Notes: generated from the sequence alone by a model not told the origin. Numbered from the whole stretch's first letter, positions 20,446-29,435 are shown. The stretch is DNA of 63,889 nucleotides, filler included, from Acidimicrobiia bacterium (GCA_041619515.1; 3 parts of 3 records of this genome joined end to end with filler, not necessarily neighbours in it), one strand, 5' to 3'. Translations and numbers: made by a program.

Positions 20446-20993
20446 TGATTCTCCTTCGGACGGGTCGGCTGCCACGTGGCGGCGGCAGAACGGGCAAGCA
20501 CGTACAGCAGATCGGCCAGCCGGTTGAGGTACACGGGCACAAGGCTGCCCTCGAGGCCACCGGATCGGGCATAGGTGGTTACCCGGCGTTCGGCTCGTCG
20601 CACGGTGGCCCGGGCCAGCTCCAGCGCCGCCTCGATCTGGTTCTCTCCGGGAACGACGAACTCCTGGGGAAGCGGATGTTCGGCAACTACCGAATCTATT
20701 CGCGCCTCGAGGCGGTCGACCATCCCGGAGGTCGTGAGGCTCACTTCCGCAATCAGCTTGTTCCGGTTGTCGGGGGCGGTTGCGAGCTCAGCGCCAACGA
20801 CGAACAGGTCCCGTTCGAGGGCGAGGATCTCGTCGGCCAGCTGACCGGTCGCAGCCGCCCGCGCAACGCCGAGCGCCGAAACGGCTTCGTCGACCGCACC
20901 GTAGGCCTCGGGACCGGCGTCGTCTTTCCACACTCTTCCCCCGTAGAGAAGACCCGTCATGCCGTCATCGCCGGTTCTTGTATAGATCTTCAC
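20442..20993 (-). CDS. pduO: Cob(I)alamin adenosyltransferase, PduO type
   Basis: KIYTRTGDDGMT, AYGAVDE, VRRAER and YLNRLADLLY. GTG start overlaps the upstream stop. Confidence 0.92.
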   Translation of the reverse strand: MKIYTRTGDDGMTGLLYGGRVWKDDAGPEAYGAVDEAVSALGVARAAATGQLADEILALERDLFVVGAELATAPDNRNKLIAEVSLTTSGMVDRLEARIDSVVAEHPLPQEFVVPGENQIEAALELARATVRRAERRVTTYARSGGLEGSLVPVYLNRLADLLYVLARSAAATWQPTRPKENQ

Positions 20994-21703
20994 AGGAGCG
21001 GGAGTGTACCGAGGAGAACGCCGCCGGACAGCAGGCCGGTCCCCTCGTCGATCACGGCACGTCCCGCCACGGCCGCTCCGATGGCGGTGAGGATTGCCAG
21101 GTAAGAGAGGCCGGTTGCCGCCATCACCCCGGGATAGGAAGGTTCGTTGAGGGCGAACCAGACGGCCACCATGAGAACGAGGGTGGTGAGGACGAGCACG
21201 ACGAACGCCCACCCGACGACCTCTCCAACCCAATCGGCACCCGCCTCCAGTCCGACGACCCCTGCGTCGGCCACCACCCCTACCGCCCCCAGAGCCGCCA
21301 ACCGCTTGAGCGCCCACCGGGGAAGTGTCGGATCGATGAGGAACCAATGACCGAGGAGCATCTCGCCGGTGACTCCCCCCAGCAGCATCGCACCCGTGAG
21401 GGTCGCGGCGATTCCGCCGTCCGGCACCGACGAAACGGCGAAGAGGACCGCCCCCGATGCGAACACGGGTGCCGAGAGATGGGGACGCCCGGCCAAGGCC
21501 AGTCCGATGACGGCGGCTGCGGTACCGGTTCCGGCTGCCCAGCCCCCGCCGACCGCAAACCCGATGCCGCCGAACAATGCGGTCACGGCTCCCGCCAGCC
21601 AGCCGAACCCGGGCCCCACCACCTTCCACGCGGCCACAACGGCGGTGACGCCGGCCAGCCCACAAGCCCAGGTCGTGAGAAAGAGAGCGGGGCTGAGTTC
21701 GAT
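20990..21703 (-). CDS. Conserved membrane protein (LGHWFL motif); start uncertain
   Basis: About 7-8 hydrophobic segments, MLLGHWFL and GVMAATGLSYLA. Coupled to pduO. Start codon ambiguous (see findings). Confidence 0.7.
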   Translation of the reverse strand: MELSPALFLTTWACGLAGVTAVVAAWKVVGPGFGWLAGAVTALFGGIGFAVGGGWAAGTGTAAAVIGLALAGRPHLSAPVFASGAVLFAVSSVPDGGIAATLTGAMLLGGVTGEMLLGHWFLIDPTLPRWALKRLAALGAVGVVADAGVVGLEAGADWVGEVVGWAFVVLVLTTLVLMVAVWFALNEPSYPGVMAATGLSYLAILTAIGAAVAGRAVIDEGTGLLSGGVLLGTLPLL

Positions 21704-21776
21704 GGCGGAATCCCGGAATTGCGAGCGGTGCCGGGGAGTATACGAAGCCGGCCGACGCCGGTAGCCTCCCGGCACG

Positions 21777-22226
21777 ATGCCAACGTTCGACTACGCCTTC
21801 GAGGTGGCGGCCGGCGTCGACGAGGTCGCCGATTTCCACGAGGACACCCGCGTACTGCGCCGCCTCACGCCGGCGTATGTCCAAATCCATCGCTTCGACC
21901 CGCTGGCCGAGGGTGCGATCGCCGAGTTCACCGTGTGGTTCGGTCCAATACCAATCCGGTGGCGCGCCGTCCACAAGGATGTCGGGCCCAACGGATTCAC
22001 CGATATCCAGGACCAGGGGCCGCTCGCATCGTGGGTGCACACCCACCGGTTCGAAGCAGCCGGGGAGGGGGCAACTCGGGTGAGCGAGCACATCGAGTAC
22101 CAGTACCGCCCCGGCTGGCGTGGGATTCCGGGACGCATCTTCTTCGGTGCCCCGGCCCTGCGGGTGTTGTTTGCGTACCGGGCGTGGCGCACCAGGCGGG
22201 CGGTGGCCGGGGGTGTCAGCGGGTGA
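21777..22226 (+). CDS. SRPBCC/cyclase family protein
   Basis: FTDIQDQGPLASWVHTHRF and LFAYR pattern typical of SRPBCC proteins. Confidence 0.8.
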   Translation: MPTFDYAFEVAAGVDEVADFHEDTRVLRRLTPAYVQIHRFDPLAEGAIAEFTVWFGPIPIRWRAVHKDVGPNGFTDIQDQGPLASWVHTHRFEAAGEGATRVSEHIEYQYRPGWRGIPGRIFFGAPALRVLFAYRAWRTRRAVAGGVSG

Positions 22227-22773
22227 TGCTGACCATTTCGATCTCGAATGTGAGGGCTTGACCGGCCAGCTCGTGGTTGAGGTCAATCGTGACGACCTCG
22301 CCTTCCACCGAGACGACCAGTACCGGGGCGCCCGTGGTGGGATCGGCCAGCAGGTCGCCGGCCTGCACTCCCTCCGGAACCTGAGAGATGTCGACCTCGA
22401 TGATCAGATCCGGGTTGTACTCGCCGTAGGCCTCTGCGGCCTCGATGCGAATCGTCTTGGACTCGCCCTCCGCCATCCCCCGTACCCCCGCATCGAATCC
22501 GGCGATCATCCTGCCGCCCCCGATCTGGAAGTCGAGCGTGTCGTCGAGCAAACTGTCGAACTCGGTTCCATCATCGAGCGTCCCGACATAGTGCACCGCT
22601 ACGGTGTCGCCTTCCTGAGCCACGATGACCTCGCTTCCCGGCTCGTTTGCCGGGGTAGAAGAGCTGGTTGTCGTCGTCGGATCGGACGATCCATCATTAC
22701 CCGAGACGGTGTCATCGCCTCCACAGGCCGCCGCCACGAGGACGAGAGCAAGCACGAGCGCGGCCCGTTTCAT
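22216..22773 (-). CDS. FKBP-type peptidyl-prolyl isomerase (SlyD/SlpA-like) lipoprotein
   Basis: Lipobox VAAAC and a Ser/Thr linker, then GDTVAVHYVGTLDDGTEFDS, EAYGE and DLNHELAGQALTFEI. Confidence 0.9.
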   Translation of the reverse strand: MKRAALVLALVLVAAACGGDDTVSGNDGSSDPTTTTSSSTPANEPGSEVIVAQEGDTVAVHYVGTLDDGTEFDSLLDDTLDFQIGGGRMIAGFDAGVRGMAEGESKTIRIEAAEAYGEYNPDLIIEVDISQVPEGVQAGDLLADPTTGAPVLVVSVEGEVVTIDLNHELAGQALTFEIEMVSITR

Positions 22774-24710
22774 CGCAGCCAGTTGCGCAGGCGGGTGGCA
22801 ACGGCTTCGGGGGTGAACCCGAATTCGTCGGCCAGCCTCTCGGCGGGGGCAGAGGCCCCGAAATGGTCGATACCGATGGTCAAACCGTCCTTACCGGTGA
22901 ATCGCTGCCAGCCGAAGGTGGCGGCTGCTTCGATCGAGGCTACCGGGATGCCGGGACTAACCACCCCGGCCCGATACGCCGCGTCCTGGGCCAGGAATGC
23001 CTCGACACACGGCATGCTCACCACCCGAAGCGAGATCCCCTCCCCGGCCAGTTGGTCGGCGGCCGCCAGCGCCACCCACACCTCCGAGCCGGTGGCGATG
23101 ATCACCGCATCACTGCCGTCCCGTATCACGTATCCGCCGCGATGTACTCCCCCGGCCTCGCGCTCCAGCGTCGGTACCCCCTGGCGGGTGAGGATCAGGC
23201 AGGTGGGCCCGTTGGTGCGATTGAGCGCCACCTCCCACGCTTCGGCCGTCTCTCCGGCATCGGCGGGACGGACCACCCACATGTTCGGCATCGCCCGCAG
23301 CGACGCCAGATGCTCGATCGGCTGATGAGTCGGTCCATCCTCGCCCAGGAAGATCGAATCGTGGGTGTATACCCAGATCGAGGGGGCTCCCATGAGCGCA
23401 GACAACCTCACGGCCGGGCGCATGTAGTCGTTGAAGACCAGGAAGGTGGCGCCGTACGGCCGCAGCCCGCCGTGGATGGCCATCCCGTTGACCGCCGCAC
23501 CCATTGCGTGCTCGCGTATGCCGAAGTGAAAGTTGCGACCCTCGCGAGACTCCCGGGAGAAGGAACCGGAGCTGTCGATGAGCGTGTTGGTAGACGGTGC
23601 CAGGTCGGCCGAGCCGCCGAGCAGATTCGGGACACGGGGGGCGAGATCGTTGATCACCTTCCCCGATACCCGGCGAGTGGCGACCGCCTCCCCGACGGTG
23701 AGCTCGAGCGGCCCGACCGTGACCGGCTCGGGATTCCAGTAGCGATCCCATAGCTCGGCAGTTGCCGGGTCGGCCAGCGCTTCATCCCGACGTTTCACCC
23801 AGGCGGCGCGGGTGTCGCCTCCCCGCAGGCCGACGACGGAGAATTCCTCGTACACCTCTTCCGGCACGACGAACGGCTCGTACGGCCATCCCATGAGGTC
23901 CTTCGTCAGGCGGATCTCGTCTTCGCCGAGGGGGCTGCCGTGGGCGGCGGCGGTGTCGGCCTTGTTGGGCGACCCGTGGGCTATGTGGGTGTGAGCGATG
24001 ATGAGGGAAGGCTGATCGGGGACGGCCAGCGCCGATTCGATGGCCCCGGCTATCGCCGCATGGTCGTGGCCGTCGATCTCCTCGGTGTGCCAGCCGAGGG
24101 CGCCGAAGCGGCTGCCAACGTCCTCACTGAAGGCGAGATCGGTATCTCCCTCGATGCTGATCTCGTTGTCGTCGTAGACGTACACCAGGCGGCCGAGTCC
24201 GAGGTGACCGGCCAGCGATGCTGCCTCCGAGGAGACACCTTCCATGAGGTCGCCGTCGGACACGAAGGCAAACGTTCGATGGTTGACGAGGTCGTCACCG
24301 AAGACGGCCCGCAGATGCTCCTCGGCGATCGCCATGCCAACACCGGTGCCAAAGCCCTGCCCGAGAGGCCCGGTGGTGGTCTCGATTCCGAGGTGCGGCT
24401 CGCGTTCGGGATGGCCGGCGGTCGAGTACCCAAACTGGCGGAAATTCCGCAATGCGTCGAGCTCGAGTGGAAACCCGCTCAGGTGCAGCAAGGAGTACAA
24501 CAGCATCGAACCGTGACCGTTTGACAACACGAAGCGGTCCCGGTCGGGCCAGGTGGGGTCGGCCGGATCCACTACCAGAAAGCGCGTCCACAACACCGTC
24601 GCGATATCGGCCATACCCATCGGGGCGCCCGGGTGACCCGAGTTGGCGGCCTGGACGGCGTCCATCGACAGCGCCTTGATCGCATTGACGGCCAGTTGCT
24701 CGTTACTCAA
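22770..24710 (-). CDS. tkt: Transketolase
   Basis: SGHPG, DRFVLSNGHGSML, TTGPLGQG, SDGDLMEG and THDSIFLGEDGPTHQP. TTG 24710 lies 7 nt after GAGGAG. Confidence 0.97.
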   Translation of the reverse strand: MSNEQLAVNAIKALSMDAVQAANSGHPGAPMGMADIATVLWTRFLVVDPADPTWPDRDRFVLSNGHGSMLLYSLLHLSGFPLELDALRNFRQFGYSTAGHPEREPHLGIETTTGPLGQGFGTGVGMAIAEEHLRAVFGDDLVNHRTFAFVSDGDLMEGVSSEAASLAGHLGLGRLVYVYDDNEISIEGDTDLAFSEDVGSRFGALGWHTEEIDGHDHAAIAGAIESALAVPDQPSLIIAHTHIAHGSPNKADTAAAHGSPLGEDEIRLTKDLMGWPYEPFVVPEEVYEEFSVVGLRGGDTRAAWVKRRDEALADPATAELWDRYWNPEPVTVGPLELTVGEAVATRRVSGKVINDLAPRVPNLLGGSADLAPSTNTLIDSSGSFSRESREGRNFHFGIREHAMGAAVNGMAIHGGLRPYGATFLVFNDYMRPAVRLSALMGAPSIWVYTHDSIFLGEDGPTHQPIEHLASLRAMPNMWVVRPADAGETAEAWEVALNRTNGPTCLILTRQGVPTLEREAGGVHRGGYVIRDGSDAVIIATGSEVWVALAAADQLAGEGISLRVVSMPCVEAFLAQDAAYRAGVVSPGIPVASIEAAATFGWQRFTGKDGLTIGIDHFGASAPAERLADEFGFTPEAVATRLRNWLR

Positions 24711-24845
24711 TCGTCGACTCCTCATCGCGAGAGAGGAAGGGTAACCGGCCTCGGCTGCGGCGGTGCAGGCAACGGCTGCTCCCAACTCGAGGCGGCGAGA
24801 CCTCGGGTGTTGCCTGGGAGTAGGGAGACGGGCGAGAATCAGCGT

Positions 24846-25790
24846 ATGGCCGACGTCATCGAATGGCTTCTCGCAGGCGACCCTTCGATTCAGTGGCAGG
24901 TGGAGCGAGACCTGCTGGGACGTCCCAAGAGCGTTTGGGGGCGTACGAGGCGTGGTGTCGCTCGGGAAGGCTGGGGCGCGGCGTTGCTGGCAAAGCAGGA
25001 GGAGAGCGGCAGATGGGGTGGCGGGCTCTACAGCCCGAAGTGGATCTCCACGACGTACACCCTGCTGCTGTTGCGCCGGCTCGGCCTTGCCCCCTCTAAC
25101 GGGGCGGCCCGCAACGGAGTTCGCCTTCTGCTGGATCGGGGCGACTACTTCGACGGTGCCATCAGTTTCGGCGTCACCCAGAAACGACCGGACCAATGCG
25201 TGAACGGCATGGTGGCCGCGTTGGCTTCGTACTTCCGTGTGGTGGACGAGCGGGTGGTCGGCATCGCCGACCGGTTGCTGGCCGACCAGCTCGCCGACGG
25301 TGGCTGGAACTGCGAAGCCTGGAGCGGCAGCAGACACGGTTCGTTTCACACCGGCATCTCGGTGCTGGAGGGATTGGCTGAATACAACCGGGCCGCCCGC
25401 TCGGACCGGGTGGCCACCGCTCACCAGCGAGGGATCGAGTTCTTCCTCGACCACCGCCTCTATCACTCGCACCGCACCGGAGAGGTCGTTCACCCGGGCT
25501 TCACGCGATTCTCGTTCCCGCCCCGCTGGCACTTCGATGCCTTGCGAGGGCTGGAGCATTTCGCTGCCGTTGAGGCGGCCCCGGACGAGCGCCTCGCTGA
25601 TGCCGTCAACCTGGTCCGCACCAAACGTCGCCGGGACGGAACCTGGCCGCTCCAGAACCGCCATGCCGGCCGAACATATTTCGACATGGAACAGCCCGGC
25701 CAGCCGAGCCGGTGGAACACGGTGCGCGCGCTGCGGGTGCTGGCGTGGTGGGGAGGTTCGATCCCATTCGCGGATCAACCGAGGCGGTAG
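24846..25790 (+). CDS. Prenyltransferase/squalene cyclase-like repeat protein
   Basis: WLLAGDPSIQWQV, QEESGRW, QLADGGWNC and RRDGTW QW-like repeats, plus PSRWNT. Confidence 0.75.
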   Translation: MADVIEWLLAGDPSIQWQVERDLLGRPKSVWGRTRRGVAREGWGAALLAKQEESGRWGGGLYSPKWISTTYTLLLLRRLGLAPSNGAARNGVRLLLDRGDYFDGAISFGVTQKRPDQCVNGMVAALASYFRVVDERVVGIADRLLADQLADGGWNCEAWSGSRHGSFHTGISVLEGLAEYNRAARSDRVATAHQRGIEFFLDHRLYHSHRTGEVVHPGFTRFSFPPRWHFDALRGLEHFAAVEAAPDERLADAVNLVRTKRRRDGTWPLQNRHAGRTYFDMEQPGQPSRWNTVRALRVLAWWGGSIPFADQPRR

Positions 25791-25818
25791 ATGCTTCGCT
25801 ACGGAGGGCCGCCGGAGA

Positions 25819-26040
25819 TCAGGTCGCCAGGGTGAGATCGAAATCGTCGGGGTCCTCGTCCTCCCAGGCGTCGCCGGCGAGGAAGACGACTTCGCAGCCG
25901 GCGCACAGGTCGCCGCGACCCTCGTCCCGATTGAGGCGGACATCGAGGACCGGCCAGATGTCGAACGGGCTGGTGGCGACGGTGAGCAGCGTGTCCGTCG
26001 GCAGGTCTTCCAGGAGGGTGCGAAGCTCGTCGATCTTCAT
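25819..26040 (-). CDS. Small acidic hypothetical protein (73 aa, CxxC)
   Basis: AAGGAG RBS just before ATG 26040. Sequence MKIDELRTLLEDLPTD...CAGC...WEDEDPDDFDLTLAT. Confidence 0.65.
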   Translation of the reverse strand: MKIDELRTLLEDLPTDTLLTVATSPFDIWPVLDVRLNRDEGRGDLCAGCEVVFLAGDAWEDEDPDDFDLTLAT

Positions 26041-26245
26041 GGGGCTCCTTCGACACCCTCCAGTTACCTCCTGGAAGGTCCCGACCGCAAGGGCCGGAAA
26101 GCCCTTTTGGTGGAAGCCCGCCGAGGTTGACGTGTCGTCGTCGGCACGGCGTAAAAGGAGGGGAGTCGGGCCGGGCCGTGTCGACCGCCATCCGTCGCCG
26201 ATTGGGAACCCGGGGTTAGGCAACCCGGGCCTGGGCCGTTCGCCG

Positions 26246-26267
26246 TGTCACACCCCCCGTGTATGGT
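26246..26267 (+). promoter_or_regulatory. RecA-NDp/PafBC-type DNA-damage promoter candidate
   Basis: TGTCAC-N10-TA-TGG-T matches the actinobacterial TGTCRG-N10-TA-N3-T spacing exactly, with one mismatch. It ends 8 nt before the ATG. Confidence 0.55.
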
Positions 26268-26268
26268 A

Positions 26269-26282
26269 CGAACATATGTTCG
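26269..26282. promoter_or_regulatory. LexA (SOS) box
   Basis: Perfect palindrome CGAAC-ATAT-GTTCG (Gram-positive CGAAC-N4-GTTCG consensus) overlapping ATG 26276. Confidence 0.8.
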
Positions 26283-27495
26283 CTACCGACGACCGACTTC
26301 TCGACCAGCTCCCACCCGGTCCGGCCCTCGCAGCGTTGTTGGGCGCCATCGACTGCGACGAGATCACCGCCAAGAACCGTGTCGTGGTGATGCGCGCTCG
26401 CCAACGCCTCGCCTCCCATTTCGCCGCCCAGGTCTACGCCGACATGGCCGCCATCACAGACGAAATGCACGAACACGAAGACAACCCCCGTCTCGCCCAC
26501 GAATCCGCTGCCGCCGAAATCCGAGTGGCGTTGCGGCTGACCCGCCGCCCCGCCGACGACGAACTCAACCTCGCCGTCGACCTGCGACGTCGCCTCCCTG
26601 CCGTGTTCCGTCTCCTGCACGAAGGACTCCTCGATGTGCGCCGGGCCCGCACCATCGCCCACGCCACCTCCCACCTCTCTCCCGCTGCCGCCCAACACAT
26701 CGTCGCCGCCATCATCGATGACGCCCCCAACCTCACTACAGGACAACTCACGGCCCGGCTCCGCAAACTCAGCATCGACCTCGACCCCGAGGGCGCCCGG
26801 GACCGGTACACCCACGCCACTCAGCAACGGCGGCTCATCAGCGAACCAAGCCCCGACGGCACCGCCGATCTCCTCGGGCTCGACCTCCCCCCAGCAAAGG
26901 TCCAAGAAGCCACCAACCGCATCAACCACATCGCCAAGGCCCTCCACAAGCGGGGAGAGACCCGAACCATGGACCAACTGCGCGCCGATGTGTTCCTCGA
27001 CCTCCTCACCGGAGCTTCACCACCGGTCGGTGGCACCATCCACCTGCGCGTCGACCTCACCACCCTCACCGAGCTATCGGAAACGGCAGGCGACCTCGCC
27101 GGCTACGGGCCCGTCATCGCCGACATCACCCGACAAGTCGCCGACAAAGCCCGATCGGCCCAATGGCGCTACACCGTCACCGACCCGCACACCGGACAAA
27201 CCCACACCGGCACCACCCGCCGACGCCCCACCAACACTCAACAACGCACCATCCACACCGAGAACCCCACCTGCATCTTCCCCGGCTGTCGCATGCCCTC
27301 CATCCAATCGGACCTCGACCACCGCATCCGTCACTTCGATGGAGGCCCCACCATCATCGAAAACCTCGCCCCCTCTGCCGACACGACCACCGCATCAAAG
27401 AAAGCGGCTGGACCTACCAATCACTCGGCAATGGCACCTACCTTTGGACCACCAAACTCGGCCACACCTACACCACCAGCGGCCGCTCACCCTGA
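26276..27495 (+). pseudogene. DUF222 (13E12-repeat family) HNH endonuclease, frameshifted inside the HNH motif
   Basis: RTMDQLRADVF, LAGYGPV and CIFPGC..DLDHRI...GGPT..ENLAP in one frame, continuing as LCRHDHRIK..GW in another frame that ends at 27495. One C is missing in the C-run near 27369-27373. Confidence 0.8.
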
Positions 27496-27676
27496 AACCG
27501 GCACCGGCTCGCGCCGGATCGGTCCGCGGTGGCTGCAATTTCCCCCTCATCTCCACCGATGAGTCGACTGCTTCGATCACCACGCCGATCAGGGACTCGG
27601 CTTGCTCGCCACCGCCTCAGCGCCTCCGCTCGGCCGGCATCATCAGTCCCCACGAGCTGCGAAGCGATGGCCCGCG

Positions 27677-28081
27677 TTAGCGCGCCGCCCCCACCGCCTC
27701 ACGGGCGTGGTAGCTGGAGCGGACCAGAGGGCCGGACTCGACGTGAGCGAGACCGAGACGATCGCCCTCTTTGGCGTAGCGCTCGAACTCGTCGGGGTGC
27801 ACGTACCGATCAATCGGCCGATGCCGAGGCGAGGGGCGCAGGTACTGGCCGATCGTGACGATGTCGACCCCGACGGCTCGCAGGTCGGCCAGCGTGCCGA
27901 TGACCTCCTCCGCGGTCTCGCCCATCCCGACGATGAGCCCCGACTTCACGTATCCGGCGGGGTTGATCCACTTGGCCCGGGCCAGCAACGCCAGCGAACG
28001 CCCGTAGTTGGCGGCGGTCCGGATGTCGCGCTGCAACCGGAGGACCGTTTCGGTGTTGTGATTGAGCACGGCAGGCTTGGC
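27677..28081 (-). CDS. lipA: Lipoyl synthase, 3' part (truncated by contig end)
   Basis: NHNTETV, KSGLIVGMGET, TIGQYLRPS and SGPLVRSSYHA. Confidence 0.93.
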   Translation of the reverse strand, partial: AKPAVLNHNTETVLRLQRDIRTAANYGRSLALLARAKWINPAGYVKSGLIVGMGETAEEVIGTLADLRAVGVDIVTIGQYLRPSPRHRPIDRYVHPDEFERYAKEGDRLGLAHVESGPLVRSSYHAREAVGAAR

Positions 28082-28181
28082 NNNNNNNNNNNNNNNNNNN
28101 NNNNNNNNNNNNNNNNNNNNNNNNNTTAATTAATTAANNNNNNNNNNNNNNNNNNNNNNNNNNNNNNNNNNNNNNNNNNNN
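28082..28181. other. Artificial contig spacer
   Basis: N44-TTAATTAATTAA-N44, with stops in all frames. Identical to the second spacer. Confidence 0.95.
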
Positions 28182-28182
28182 C

Positions 28183-28350
28183 ATGTCTCGTCCGGGCATC
28201 GAGCTGCAGCGGCTGACGACCCGCGAGCCAGACGACGGACAGGTCGAGGTCGCCATCGCCAGCCTGCTGGCCGCCATCACCGGAGAGGCACGCGAGGAGG
28301 TGTTCGACCGCGGGCCGGTGTGCGAGGCGGCCTGGGGCGCCGTCCAGTGA
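28183..28350 (+). CDS. DUF1385 (YqhQ-like) protein, 3' fragment
   Basis: PGIELQRLTTREPDDGQVEVAIASL. This family typically lies upstream of prfA/prmC. Stop overlaps the prfA GTG. Confidence 0.8.
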   Translation: MSRPGIELQRLTTREPDDGQVEVAIASLLAAITGEAREEVFDRGPVCEAAWGAVQ

Positions 28351-29435
28351 ACGAGGACCAGCTGATCGACAAGATGGCTGAGGTCGAAGCGTCCTACGAG
28401 CAGACCCTGGTCGACATGGCCGATCCCGACGTGGCCGGCGATCAGCTGCGCTACACCGAGGTGGCGAAACGACATGCCGATCTCAAGCCGGTGGTCGACA
28501 CCTACCACGCCTATCGGGCGGCGCGGGCCGAGGCCGATGAGGCCCGCGAGCTCGCCCTGGCCGAGTCCGACGACGAGATGCTGGCCTACCTCCGCCAGCA
28601 AGCCGAGGCCAAGGACGAGGAGGCCGCCCGGCTCGTCACGAAGCTGCAGCTGCTGTTGGTGCCGAAGGATCCGAACGACGACAAGGACGTCATCATCGAG
28701 GTGCGAGCGGCGGCCGGTGGCGACGAGGCCGCCCTCTGGGCGGGTGACCTCACCCGCATGTACCAGCGATATGCCGAGAACCACGGCTGGAAATCCGAGC
28801 CGCTGGAAGTATCCGAGGCCGAGGGCGGGGGCTACAAGGAGGTGACGTTCGCAGTCAAGGGCGCCGGCGCCTACTCGCGGCTCAAGTTCGAGGCCGGCGT
28901 TCACCGGGTGCAGCGGGTGCCCAAGACCGAGTCGCAGGGCCGAATCCATACCTCTACGGCCAGCGTGGCGGTCTTGCCAGAGGCCGAGGAGGTGGAGGTC
29001 GAGCTCGATCCGGCCGACGTCAAAGTCGACACGTTCCGCTCCAGCGGCCCCGGCGGCCAATCGGTCAACACCACCGACTCGGCGATCCGGCTGACTCATC
29101 TTCCATCGGGGATAAAGGTCTCCTGCCAGGACGAGAAGAGCCAGTTGCAGAACAAGGAGAAGGCGTTTCGCATTCTCAGGGCCCGGCTGCTCCAGATCCA
29201 GCTCGACGCCCAGCAGGCCGAGCAATCGGCCAGCCGCCGGCAGCAGGTGGGGACGGGCGACCGATCCGAGAAGATCCGCACCTACAACTTCAAAGAGAAT
29301 CGGGTCACCGATCACCGCATCGGGCTGACCATCAGCCAGCTTCCGGCGATTCTCGAGGGTGACCTCGATGCCTTCGTGGACGCGCTCACCCTGGACAACC
29401 AGGCCCGGCTGCTGGCGGAGGGCGACGGGCCGTGA
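28347..29435 (+). CDS. prfA: Peptide chain release factor 1
   Basis: [15 protein letters not shown] (PxT), GPGGQSVN (GGQ) and [10 protein letters not shown]. Confidence 0.97.
   Translation: MNEDQLIDKMAEVEASYEQTLVDMADPDVAGDQLRYTEVAKRHADLKPVVDTYHAYRAARAEADEARELALAESDDEMLAYLRQQAEAKDEEAARLVTKLQLLLVPKDPNDDKDVIIEVRAAAGGDEAALWAGDLTRMYQRYAENHGWKSEPLEVSEAEGGGYKEVTFAVKGAGAYSRLKFEAGVHRVQRVPKTESQGRIHTSTASVAVLPEAEEVEVELDPADVKVDTFRSSGPGGQSVNTTDSAIRLTHLPSGIKVSCQDEKSQLQNKEKAFRILRARLLQIQLDAQQAEQSASRRQQVGTGDRSEKIRTYNFKENRVTDHRIGLTISQLPAILEGDLDAFVDALTLDNQARLLAEGDGP

Noticed and set aside
20442..20993. pduO as part of the microcompartment system
   Set aside because: It is on a different contig in a housekeeping operon with pepA, and stand-alone PduO is common.
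26041..26200. Known riboswitch (c-di-GMP, c-di-AMP, SAM-IV, guanidine-I, fluoride)
   Set aside because: The conserved core motifs could not be found by eye, so it is kept only as an unassigned structured leader.
26276..27676. IS element with terminal inverted repeats around DUF222-HNH
   Set aside because: No transposase motif, terminal inverted repeats or target-site duplication could be identified, although the gene is compositionally distinct (C/A-rich).
28126..28137. TTAATTAATTAA as a biological AT-rich site
   Set aside because: It is centred in N-runs and duplicated exactly at 56055-56066, so it is a synthetic linker.
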